64,000 nucleotides of DNA from Azolla caroliniana (Eukaryota > Plantae > Polypodiophyta): the NCBI GenBank assembly GCA_043228905.1, contig JBHGNT010000006.1, positions 3,348,001 through 3,412,000 of the forward strand. The letters are read 5' to 3'. Positions 23,382 through 35,600 of this stretch are shown here, one piece after another; within the stretch, counting starts at the first letter, position 1; every line of letters begins with the position of its first letter. A program made the translations under genes and the position numbers. A model generated the notes under the pieces. The model was not told the DNA's origin. It saw only the letters and a program-made list of their open reading frames with translations, and searched no databases.

Positions 23382-24030
23382 ACGTACCTTTTCGAAAGGG
23401 TACGTAGAGCGGAGCGGAGTGCGAGACGTGCAATGTGGCCACGTAAGGCCCGAACGACAAGCACGAGGATGATCAGCGAGCATGGAAGGCTATGTCTTGA
23501 GAACCGGAGGAGGTGCGCGGAGAGCAATGGGCTACGGAAGCGCGGCGTCCCGGAAGACATGCGAGGCCAAGCGGGCCAAGAGGATGAGAGACGGGATGAA
23601 GCGGTAACGAGAGCCACGAAACAGGACGGGGTGATGGCACGGTCTACCGCGAGAGAGCACGGCGAACAACGGGGAAAGCCTATGGAAAGCAAGAATGGAG
23701 CGGAGAGAGTCGGCACGCCGAGGTGTGCGGCACGCAAAGGGCGAAATCCGGCATGCGACCGGGAGCGCATTCGGAGGATATACGAGGCGGACAAAGGAAG
23801 AGCAACCGGGTCGGCGACGGCGTTCGGGAGGACTGAACGGGGAGGAAAGCACGGGCATCGGATACGGCGGGTTGGATGTAGTCGGGGGTTAAAGGACCCA
23901 CGGTGGACGTGGCGGATCGGGTGGAGGCAACGACTCGGCGAACATCGTTGAGTGTGGCGGATCGGATGGCATCGACGGTTCAAGACCATTCGGCGAGGAT
24001 GGTGGACCGGAAGGCGGTGGTGGTTCGTGT

Positions 24031-27000
24031 GTCAGAGCGCGAGGGTTGAGAACCCTTGCAGCAGACAAGAAAAGTTTTTGACGAAACAAAGTTGAAGTTG
24101 TTCGTGTTCGGAAAAGAAAAAGACATCAATATGGACAGAGGAATGGGAAGCTCACTTCCGACTGAAAAGCTTGACAGAAGCAACTACACATCTTGGTCTT
24201 ACAAGATGCACCAATACCTGCTCGGCCATGGCTACTGGTGTTATGTCGAAGGAGCAAACGATGTGGCACCCGACTCGACACACATGGACTATCCGGCTTG
24301 GGAAAAAGCGACAAGCAGAGTGTTGTACTCCTTCGCGTCCTGTGTGAGCGATCAACTTTTGAGCTATATTCGGGATGCCAGGATGCCGAAGGACGCATGG
24401 GCGAATCTCAAAAGGATTTTCGCCGCCAGCACAACGGCCAGAAAGCTGTAGCTCAGACAGGAGCTCAACAATGTACGACAAAGAGATATGTTTGTGGCTG
24501 ATTACACCACCAAGATAGAAGAAATCTGTGACTCTCTCACCTCCGTCATATTGAACGTTGAGGAAGATGAAATGGTGCAGGTTTGTCTTGGTGGCTTGGC
24601 GTCAAAGTTCGGGCCCTTCCGAATGACAGTTTGCACGAGGGAGATTACGCCTTCATTTTTCAAGCTTCAGTCAATGTTGTTCGTAGAAGAAAACCACGTG
24701 GGTGCGTCGATGAGTGCGCACGCCGATGGCAAGATGCTTTACATGAAGGATGATAGGTCCCGTGGTCATGGTGGACGAGGCGGATTGGCACGCAATGGAG
24801 GCGGCCGAAAGGAGCAGAATGTACGGCATAGTCAAGATGTCGGAAGCAATTCCGAACCCTACGCCAGCAGGGGGAGTCATGGCAGTGTCGGAAGACGGCA
24901 AGAGAAGACCGCGCCAGCATGCTGGTAATGTGGCAAGAAAGGCCAAAGGGAGACCGAGTGTTGGAAAAAGAGAGCCGATTCGGACAAAGCCGAATCGAGC
25001 CGAAGAGACGCAGAGAGGCATCAGAGATCGCACTACGAAGAAGGCTCTGAACGAGCCGGAAATGGAGCGGGCCCTGCCTTCATAATGAAGCATAAAGCCA
25101 ATTCAATGGCCGTGAACACCTCGAAATCGAGCGAGGTGTGGTATGTGGATTCCGGAGCGTCAAATCATATGACAAGCCACGAGGAATGGTTCTCGTACTT
25201 GGAGAAGCCGAAGTCACGAGGGGTTGTCGAAATAGGAGATGACACCCCACATACCATCGAACATGTCGGCGAAGTTCCCCTCAGCCACGTCGGGCAGAAA
25301 GGGAAGCTAGTGAACGTGTTGCACGTCCCAACAATAACGAAGAACTTGGTGTCGGTCGGTCAGATCGTCAACCAAGGTATGCAAGTTTGATTCACGCACC
25401 TCGGCTGCTTCATAGAAGAGGAAGGCAAAGTAATCGCGCAAGGGCGCCGTGAAGGGAGGATGTTTATCCTCGACACTAATCAAGCCGAAACCACGTTGTA
25501 CACAAAAGGACAAAAGGTCAAGTCGGATATCGACCTGTGGCACAAGTGGTTCGGCCATGTGAATTTCCCACGGCTTCGTGAAATGCAGACGAAGAACATT
25601 GTTTTCGGGTTGCCGAAATTTTGTGGCTGGAATGATCAAGTCTACGAAGCCTGTCAGATCGGAAAACAACACCGACTTCCATTCCCCAATGAGTGTAATC
25701 GTAGTCGAAGTCCGCTGGATTTGATCCATTTGGATGTGTGGGGTCCGACACAAAACATGAGTCTCGGTGGAAGCCGTTATTTTGTAACCTTCATCGATGA
25801 TTTCACTCGACACACGTGGGCATGCACAATCGCAAAGAAGAGCGAAGTTTTCGCATGTTTCTTGGAGGTTAAGAGCCTCGCGGAAAGGGAAACATGGCGT
25901 AAAAGCAAATGACTACGGTCTGATGGCGGGAAGGAGTACTTCTCAAACCAGTTCACATGTTATCTACGGAAGGAGGGAATTCGACGCGAATTCTCATGTA
26001 GATATACGTCGGAGTAGAACGGTGTAGTCGAGCGGAAGAATTAGACAATTGAAGAAGCGGTCAAGGCAATGCTTGAAGAGAAGCATATGCCAAAATTCTA
26101 TTGGGCTGAAGCCGTAAAGATGGTTGTCTACCTACAGAATCAGACTTCTGCTAATGGAGGAATGTCACCACATGAGCTTTATTTTGGAAAGAAGCTGAAC
26201 TTGGCACACTTGAGGATTTTCAGCAACATTGCGTATGTGCACGTGCCGAAGGAGAAACAGAGGAAGCTGGACGCGAAAGCCGAGAAGTGTATCTTGGTTG
26301 GCTATTTGGACAAGCAGAAGGGTTATAAGTGTTATAACCCATGCACCAAACAAATGCGCGTGAGCCGCGACGTTGTGTTTGACGAGTCCGTGTGATGGTA
26401 CTTGCCTCCGGACCTCACCTCCAGTCCGATGTCTGAAGAAGAAATCAGTGAGGTTGAAATGCCTTCGCATGATGAAGAAATCGGAGGTCTGACAGAGAGT
26501 CTGATCTCGTTACGACTAAGCGGGCCGAATGAGGTGTTGGGCCGAGATGACCACCCAGATGATGAGACGGTGAGTAGTGGACACTCGGCCGTGATGTCCC
26601 TGCGTAAAGAACCAAGGAGATGGTTTACGCAAAAGGAGAAGGGGAAGAAGAAGACGCCGTATTACGATTTCGGTAGTGCCGAGTTAGTTTGAAGCGAATC
26701 TGACCTCGAGCCAGTCGAGAAGGAACCTCCACGGAAGAGGTCAAAATCGACTGAAATGGTCACGAAATCGGGTAATCACAAATTACGCCGATCTACCCAC
26801 CAAAAGAACCCCGTAAGGAGATACGGGTATAATGAGTACATGGCACACCATTACGTGTAAATGACGCGAGTGGTGGAAATGCGTGAGCCGGAGAGCTACG
26901 CAAAAGCGGTTTAGGACGCAAATTAGCGTGCCACGATGGAGGAAGAGATGGGCGCCTTAACGCAGAACGAGACATGGGACCTAGTTGACGCATCGAAGGG

Positions 27001-29370
27001 TGTGAAGTCGATCGGCTGTCGGTGGGTGTATAAAGTGAAACACAACACGGACGGCTCCATCAACCGCTACAAGGCCCGTTTAGTAGCAAAAGGCTACGCG
27101 TAGAAGCACGGCGTGGACTATGATGAAACCGTCGCGCCTATCGCGAAGATGACTACCGTGCGAGTCCTACTAGCTGTAGCCGCGGCAAAGAGGTGGCATT
27201 TACATCAGATGGATGTAAAGAACGCGTTCCTGCAAGGTGATCTTGAGGAGCAAGTGTACATGGTACAACCCCCCGGATTTCTATCCGAACAAAACACCTC
27301 GGTAGTTTGTCGATTGAAGAAGTCATTGTACGGACTTAAGCAAGCCCCACGAGCCTGGAACGCGAAGATTACGCAATAGCTGCTTGGATGGGGTTTGCGC
27401 CGTCAAAGTCAGACTCTTCTCTATTTGTTCGGCAAGGACAATCTGGACCAGTCAGCCTACTCTTGTACGTTGATGATTTAGTCATAGCCGGTGCCGACTT
27501 TGACGAAATCCGCCGCGTGAAATCTCAGCTTGCGGCATTGTTTAAAATGAAGGATCTCAGAGACCTTCACTACTTCCCCGAGATCGAAGTGATCCATACC
27601 CCCAAAGGCATATTCATCAGCCAACGTCATTACGCGCTGAATATGCTCTTCAAGTTCGGGATGGCAAACTATAAGCCCATCTCGACCCCTCTGGATAGAA
27701 ACGTGAAGCTTCGCCCAGATTTGGGCAAGGCATGCGACCCGACAATGTTTCGACAAATTGTCGGAAGCCTCATCTATTTGACGATCACTCGGCTGGACCT
27801 CAGTTACCCGGTTGGCATGATCAGTCAATTCATGTCGCAGCCTATGGCCAAACACTTTCAGTGCGAGCAAAGGATATTGTGATATGTAAGCGGCATGAAA
27901 GACATGGCGTTGCTATATCGAGTAGGTGTAGTCGAACAATTAGTCAGCTACACGGATGTCGATTGGGCCGAAAACGCCAGTGATCGTAAATCCACATCCG
28001 GATACGCCTTCTCGTTAGGTAGTGTGGCGATCACGTGGAGCAGCAAAAAGCAGCCAACAGTGGCACGAATATCGAGGGGCGACTGTCGCTATGTGCGAAG
28101 TCATTTGGCTAAAACGGCTATTACGGGATCTGCAGGGAGAGGTAGATGATCCAAAGATGATTTTTTGGGACAACCTCAGCAGTATCCACCTTACGAAGAA
28201 CCCCGTTTTTCACGCCCAGACCAAGCACATTGAGGTGCATTACCATTTTGTCCGCGAGTGGGTCCTTTCAAGAGAAGTCGAATTGGTGCATGTTTCGACT
28301 GATCGGCAGATTGCCGACATCTTCACAAAACCTCTTGGTCTCGACAACTTACGAAATTTCTCGGGTGCGCTTGGGTTGCGTCACCTCGACACACCGCACT
28401 TGAGGGGGAGAAATGAAGAACAGAGACAAGAGCGTGAAAGAAGCGGAAGTGACCGTCACGGCGAAACTAATCGAGATGCGGAGTCGGATGGAGAATTCGA
28501 CTTTGAACCAGCTGAAGAAGCCAAAGACGGAAGCAATGGTCGTAAGCATAAGAAAGAGCCGAGGATAGCCAAATCAGGGGGAGATACATCCAAGAAGGGC
28601 GTAAAGGCCAAGACCAATATGTGGTCTGATGTAGTCAAAGGCCTAAAGACTGAAGACGAATTGGAGACAACCAATTCAAATGAAAGCGGAATTGAATCGA
28701 AAGTGTTCGATTCGGATACACCGAATCAACTAAAGGCCATGCGGAGAAAAGGGCGGCGAAGGACGCGCCGACATCGCGACAACAAGGGAGCTTAGAAGGG
28801 CCGAACGGGCAGACAAGCCGACCGAAAGGATCGAAGCGTGTGGAATCGAATAGGTCGAGGAGCGCGAGCGAGGCGCAAAGCAAGAAGGGACCGGAGTGTA
28901 GATCCGAAAGAGCAAGGGGAACCTCAAGTTGAGCTTGAGGGGGAGTGTTGAGTGACAAGCTCAACATTGGGTGCGTAATATGGCGCGTAACCCAGTGCGT
29001 AGACTGGACGCATAAGTTAGTATGCACAACTTGGCCATATCGGTGCGTAAACCAAAAGGCCGTTAGAGAGATATTCCTCGTAAGGAATAATTTTGGGAGT
29101 GAGTGTCGAGGCTCATTTATGAGCATTCAAGTACTGTCAGTACTTGAGTCAGCCCGATTGTCAGGGCTTGTATAAAATTTGCTCACTGAGCACGGTGTAT
29201 GTACAGAGCATCATTATTTTGGAAATAGAACTGAGTTGTCTGCTCTCTCTATCTCTCCCTATCCATATTCATCTCTGCGTTTTTTCCATGTCTTACCGAA
29301 CTGTCTCATTCTCCCGAACTGTGCACTCTGTGTCTTATGCACACGCTTCCGCACAACGTATACTTTCACA
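24031..29370 (+). mobile_element. Ty1/Copia element D, lacking its 5' LTR, with a degenerate gag-pol
   Basis: gag (LDRSNYTSWSYKMHQYL), PR (WYVDSGASNHMT), GAG-pre-integrase, INT (HLDVWGP), RT ([16 protein letters not shown]), RH (KHIEVHYHFVRE, ADIFTKPL). Many premature TAG/TGA stops. PPT and 3' LTR present. Confidence 0.93.
28946..29370 (+). repeat. 3' LTR of Copia D (~425 bp)
   Basis: Follows the PPT ttgagggggag and reads tgttgagt...ctttcaca. Copia A protease sequence resumes immediately at 29371. Confidence 0.8.
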
Positions 29371-30363
29371 TTGGGGTTACATGAAATGTGGCACCGGAGT
29401 CCAATAACCACGTGTGTGCGTCTTGCACACTGTAGAGGACTTCTCCGATCACTGAGTCATCTAAAAGGAGGATTTCTCCTAATCGAGAGTCAACAACATT
29501 GGTTTGGTCGCCAACTGGAGAGTGGTCCGAGTTAGATCGTACAGAGTTCCGCTTGAATCGTCGACCACTCTCCTCTCTCTTGATTGACTAACAGTCGGAA
29601 ACGTTGTGACTGGCCTTTTTGCAATTGGTGGAGAAATCACTTGGTCAGTTATTTCTCGAATTCGACCTTTGTCGGTCTCCCTTCGTTTTCGACTGATTGA
29701 TGCGGTTTTGTCGGCTTGTTCTCTCGATCGACTGAATTGGTCGATCGACTCTGTCGAGTGGTGAGCTTCTGACGACTCATCGATGGTGAGTCCCATCGAT
29801 TTTCGCCTAATATCCTCAGTGAGGACTTGTCCGATTGTCTTGTCCAAATTGAAATTTGGACAATTGTTGGCAAATGTCATGCATAAAATCTCTCAACTCG
29901 CCACCAAGCTCGATAGGAGGGCAATGGCTTTCACTTCTTCTTCGAAGTTGATCCCTTGGGAGGAAAGTTCAGACAACACCCGACTGAAGGCGTTGATGTG
30001 GGAGGTTGTTGAATTAGTCTTTGTCATCGTCATGTTGAATAGTTGTCGGATTAGGATCAGTTTTGAGGACGAGAACTTCTTTTCATACACAGCTTGTAAC
30101 TTCTCCCACAAAGAGAATGTTGTTGTCTCCTTGGCTATGATGAAATAGATGTTTTTAGCCAGTTGCATACGAATGGTCGACCTGGCGATTTCGTCTAGTG
30201 AACGCCAGTCTTCAGTTGTCATCCAGCCTGGCTTGTTGGTATGCCGTATTGCCTCGATTTGACGCCAGACGATCAACACATTCTACATCATCTCCTTCCA
30301 TAGGTCAAATGTTTTTCCATCGAACTTTTGGATCTCAACTTTTGTATCGAATGTTGATGCCAT
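29371..30363 (-). pseudogene. Copia A gag and protease remnant
   Basis: MASTFDTKVEIQKFDG..., ARSTIRMQL, LLSSL and protease motif WLLDSGATFHVTP. Contains stops and frameshifts. Confidence 0.88.
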
Positions 30364-30464
30364 ATTCTGTAGGAAGTAAGATTTAATTGACATGGTCTTT
30401 TCTTTCAGCCGATTAACTTCTCCTCTTAGCTTTTCTACTATTCGTCGCTGCTAAACAACAAGTC

Positions 30465-30476
30465 GCTCTGATACCA
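30465..30476 (-). other. tRNA-iMet PBS of Copia A
   Basis: gctctgatacca is the reverse complement of TGGTATCAGAGC and lies 2 nt from the LTR. Confidence 0.92.
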
Positions 30477-30664
30477 GTTGATGAACAGGTGTTCGGATGG
30501 ATGCGCGGAAATATGAGGACCTGCGAGTAGATGTGTACAACATACGACACAGATATGCAACAAAGAAGAAAATAGTGGATTGACACACATATGGAGCTTC
30601 AATTGAGATTTTTGTTATTATGTAACTCTCTCTCTACAAGACTCAAGAAGGATATCTTTACAAT

Positions 30665-31580
30665 CATAAATTGACCCATGTGTGATATTTGTGGTATTTG
30701 ACATCCGCAATATTCAAGAATACAAAATGACCCCAAGAATATTACAGAACCATTTGTTTATTTATTTATTATTTAAAAGAATTTTTTTTTACATCGATTA
30801 TATTGATTTCAACTTGTTGTGCTTGCATCTTGTTCTGTTGATGTACCGTTGCGGCTTCTTCTTCTTGATGTGGTGGTGTTTGATTTGTTGGAGTAGCGTC
30901 TTGTTTTGTTTCAACTCTTTCTTGATTTGATGACTTGAGTGTTGCCCGTCATCTCCACCAAAGTGTGTAAAATGTCTCAAACTCTTCCTCCTTTTCCATT
31001 ACATCTCAACCCATTTATAGAGTTTCGTAGTACACTCCAAGATACCTTATGTTATCTTGGCACACTTATAGTTACTCCTCGAGTGACCTCTAACTAACCT
31101 TTAACTCAACTATGGTATAACTCCCCTAAACCTAGTTATAGTTACTTGGGTTAGGTGAGGGGTTTGGCCCTGTGATTTTATCACGCAATCCCACAATATA
31201 AAAATATTATTAGTGTGAGGTCCCTTTATAATGACAAATAAAAATATCAATTTTTGTGGGAGAGTAAAAAGTGGGGAATTAATGAAACTTTTATTATTTA
31301 TTTATTTATTATTAAAAATAAAACAAATACTTTTAAGTTTTCTATCTATTATATAAAATTATTATTTAGTGTAAGTGTCCTTTTTAATGTGAAGTTAAAT
31401 ATCCCCTTTTTATTGTGAAAGTCTTTTTGGTATATAATATATCTAAGAAAGTAAAAAGTATGAACTCTTTTTTTTTCCAAAAAAAGAACTCTGCTTTCTT
31501 TTTCTTTATTTTTACGAATATTTTTTCATGCATTCGTATGCATTCGTTTGGTAAAACGAATGAGAATATGTCAATCTATG
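30665..31580. mobile_element. hAT-like non-autonomous DNA transposon (MITE-1, 916 bp)
   Basis: TIRs CATAAATTGAC / GTCAATCTATG (10 of 11 match). Flanked by TTTACAAT and GTTACAAT. Confidence 0.75.
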
Positions 31581-31588
31581 GTTACAAT

Positions 31589-31867
31589 CATAGTACGTAA
31601 AATTCGTGTTCGTCTAGTATAACATTCGTTTTCCTACGTTGGAAAACGAATGAGAATGTTATCCAAACATTCTTGTGTTTTTTTTTCCCATTTTTTTAAT
31701 GTTTTTTTTTTTGTTTTTTGTTTTCATTTTTAGGCTTATCTACCTCATAATAAATAGTTAATCCAAAAGTATGATATTTATCATTCGTTGAGGGTGTTTT
31801 TCTTTCGCGAATGATTGAATTATTCGCGAATGAGAATGCACTTATGGTGCGTATGGTTCATACTATG
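31589..31867. mobile_element. hAT-like MITE-2 (279 bp)
   Basis: TIRs CATAGTACG / CATACTATG (8 of 9 match). Perfect 8-bp TSD GTTACAAT at 31581-31588 and 31868-31875. Confidence 0.78.
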
Positions 31868-32099
31868 GTTACAATGTTAGGGTTGAGCTTATATACTCAA
31901 GCCCTAACTTCAAGACGTGTTCACGCTAGGATACAAAGTGGAAGGAGTCGGCCTTTTATGCCAACACTAACATGTGGGGTTCATGTTAGTGTAATACTAT
32001 TGCAATTTTTTGTACTTGACATCCTTGTTCCACTTTGATATGAGTGTATCTATAAGGTTCGGGTTGATGTTTGCCATGAGCATGCCATCGACTCATTGG

Positions 32100-32640
32100 C
32101 GTGCATGTCATATTGTGTTGCCACATCCCATCTCTTGAACCATTTGTGCTCAACTAGAAGAAAGGTTGTTGCTTTCATTTTTTTTCTCCATGGTGAGAAT
32201 GAGACACGCTCATTTATTTCGTTGGATAAGGTTTTTCCTATGGTAAATGAGTTCACTTGTTGCGTGGATACATGTGTTGATGATGTTGGTGTCCTTGGTG
32301 TAAGATTCATTGCACACATTTTTCTTCCCTTGTTTAATCTAGTGGAGTGGTCATTTACTCATTGCCATGTTGAGGTGACTATTAAGGTTGTTCCTATTTA
32401 CATGTTGATGTATATTTGCAAACAAGCTAGTTTAGTGGGGAAAGAACTTCATGTTCCACAACCTTGATCGGAGATATTAGTGTTTCGTATCCTTTAGAAT
32501 ATGATATGTATATGTGGCACCTCATTTTTTACATTCACTTCAAATTGGCTTCACTTCCATATTCAGCACACTTCACTTCCCAAACGTTTGTTTAAATGTA
32601 AGAGGTAGGATCATTTTGTTCATAGTTTTCCCGACAAGTA
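32100..32640 (+). pseudogene. Possible decayed L1-LINE ORF1 fragment
   Basis: A zinc-knuckle-like LPKRLFKCKR*DHFVHS reading near 32575-32630 and an upstream VPIY...LVGK segment. Heavily degraded. Confidence 0.3.
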
Positions 32641-35600
32641 GAGCTAATGTGATAAAAATGTTTGATTTGCATATGTGGCGTTGACTACGTTGTGGTGGAG
32701 GGTTGAAAAACCAAAGTTTCCACCTTTATCTTTATTTTTACCTCCATTCATATTCTTAACGATCCCTAATGTCATATAGGCATCAAAAGAGCATCCTTGG
32801 ATCATGATTGTAAAGGCCAAAACTAAGCTTATTGACAATCCTTCCAACTATTTTGAGACGCAAGTCCAGAGCCATGATTTCTATATGTCGTGAAGAGTAT
32901 TACTTTGTGATGGTTGTTGTCATAAAGGAGTTTGCTTTGTGTACTCAGAACAGACCCATAAAAAATATGCCAAAGTTTTGACTCACCTTTGGAAGGAAGG
33001 TAGAGTTGGCATTATAACCAATTGTATTCGACCAAGCTTCAACTTACTATTGACAAAGTGAAGATTCTGCATTATTTTTTAATTACCAAAGAAGGCCAAT
33101 GATAATTTGAAATTTGGTCATGGTTCGGTCATCAATGGAAACATTCTCTAAAATGTTCATTGTCTTTGTTCAAAAGTTATTCTTTTCTGAACACACTCCC
33201 TTCTCCTTTGCTACCTTTGAGTGCATAACTCTCCTTCATGTCCTCAATGTTTTGACACACTTGCCACATCGAGTTTTAGCTTGAATATTGTTTCATGTTT
33301 TGGGGACTTATCAACATCACCCCTCACCTTCTGCCAACCGTATTTTCTTGCAAATGTACTTGTTGGGAACTTTGTGACTAGGCTCTTTCTAGTTATAATT
33401 TTATTCAACTTTTCTACAATACTTGCTACCTTTATTTCACTAGTGGTGATTATAATGGACTTTTATGTACATTCAATAACAATCCAACATGTTTTTTTAA
33501 AAGAGAGATAGGGGTGGAGTGAGTGTAAGTGCTCACCTTTTTGTGTCAAAAGTTAGTGGAGTATATAACATGTACAAAAGTACAAGGATCTTCTACATCA
33601 TGGGATTGGAAAACATGTACTATTTCACAATATCACGCTAAACAATAAAAGTTTACGAAATCTCATTACTATCAATGGGCAAAAAGTGGAGAGTTTGGGA
33701 TGCATTAACATATAAATCCAATTATACTAATTGGCCAAATTTAGAAATCAAGCAAGATAACATCTCCAAAAGGATATTTGTGAGTTGTTTATTGTAATAC
33801 TTAAATAGTGTGATCCTCATTCTCACTAGGGGAGAACACTCTTTTGTTTTAAGTGGCCATCTCTTAGAAAATCCTATTACTTGAGATCCTCTTTTCATCA
33901 ATTGATATTCGGTACATCATGATACAAGTTTTTCCTTTAAAAACGCCCACTCTTGAGAGACAAATGCACTTTAAAGTTGCAAGCGCAAGTGCAAAAGCCA
34001 ATGCTAGAATAATGTGAAACATTAGGTTGGATATGGCAACATTTCTTGTACACTTGACATTAACTTATGAAACACAACAGTGCACAAACCTTATTAATGG
34101 GAAGGTAAGCTTGGTTCTCTTTTGAGTTATCAAAAGGGATCCAATTATTGGTCTTGTAGCCTCTAAAGATACATCTTAGAAAGTTAAGCTCAATTGAGGT
34201 GCATTCACCTCATGACGAAAACATTAGAAAATAATAGAGCATAATTTCCTTAAAGGAACATGTGAGTATAGAGATGTGCCCTTACTTATACATTCTTAGG
34301 TAATATACTTGATTATGAATCATTGAACCGGATTACATATATGTTAATGCGGCTTGAAATTAACATGGACACAATGTGTAATTGTTGATACTCTCCTTCA
34401 AATTTCTAATGGTGCATATACATGGATTTTTGTAATATAATATATTCAATGAGATTTTCGGTGTAAAAACACCATCCACTAGGTAGTTCTTGCCAACTTA
34501 AATATCCTAAAATCTTGCGATCGATTCTTAGACCTATATAATACATTTAGTTTTTTGTAAACAAATAGGAAAGGGGACCATTTGCGAGCACGTGCAACAA
34601 ATACATTCCATTCATATGATCAAATATTTGGTTACTACATTTGAATATTTAGGTTTTGATCCAACATATATGTACATAGATGGAAGTGCTTGTAATCTCT
34701 ATCTCTCCCTCTCTTACGTGTGCGCGCTACACACACACACCATGTATGGAAACATCATGAAATACCAAAAAAAAAAACTCATTGCCCCTACTAGAATGCG
34801 TACCAAGGAAAACCCTCTAAGATGTTCTAAGACTAAGTGATGTAAAGGCAACTCTTCCCAACTTAAGGTAATTGTATGACTTGGTTGCAATGATTCATCG
34901 ATTGGGCATCTAAATTTCTAGGATCCTTGATGGTCATCATATAAAAAAACGTATCTATCCCATCTAAAATGATCTGTGTTTCAACGTCACCAACAGAAGT
35001 CAATCCCATCAACAACTGCTTGCAAAAGAAACAATTTCACATGGAATGGCAGATGAAATTTACATTTTGAGTGCAACATTGGATGAGATCATCATTCAAA
35101 ATTGGTAATATGTTGTCTATATGATAATTCTACCACAAAACAAGCTCTATCATGAATCGACTTATGATAGAAATCGTTGCTATGCATTACAAAAATATAG
35201 ATTTTTTTATATAAAATAACCGATCTTTCCACAATTGATCTACCATTAATTCCTCGAGCATCAATTTTGCTTGTTCTTGCAATCTCTCTTTTGAGCAACA
35301 CATCACATGTATTTCACAATCAACAATTGAAAGTGTGTTAGAATGTTTAGTATCGTACAAATAACCCTTTAGGTGGCAACCAACAAAAAATTATAAATTC
35401 ACTAGACTTTGTCTGCTATTATTATGTTGGTTTACAATTCTTTTAGGTAAAATTTTGCACCACATACAAAATATTCTTGGAGCATGAAAGAAAGATTGTG
35501 ATAACTTTGCAAATTAATTAATGTCGTCTTATATCACACCTCAACACGAATGTGTTTCTAATGTTGAAGTTTGTGGAAGTCCTAAAGTGTATGATGCTAA

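Larger units (their letters stand above)
11990..24030 (+). mobile_element. Probably non-autonomous Gypsy-family element C (5' LTR, Trp PBS, gag fragment, repeat-rich interior; 3' end missing)
   Basis: 5' LTR is 11990-12198 plus 19488-19998 (tgtcgtgaag...acgcgaca). PBS at 20003-20020. AMKAFREFDLRFSQLS resembles element G gag ALLREFEENFARLS. No pol is recognisable. Confidence 0.8.
8162..31966 (-). mobile_element. Outer Ty1/Copia LTR retrotransposon (element A), degenerate, host of nested insertions
   Basis: TG...CA LTRs at 8162-8440 and 30479-31966 (the latter interrupted). TSD CTAAC at 8157-8161 and 31967-31971. tRNA-iMet PBS. Domain order gag-PR-INT-RT-RH on the minus strand. Confidence 0.93.
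30479..31966 (-). repeat. 5' LTR of Copia A, split by two MITEs
   Basis: 30479-30664 plus 31876-31966 reconstitute the 8162-8440 LTR. Confidence 0.9.
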
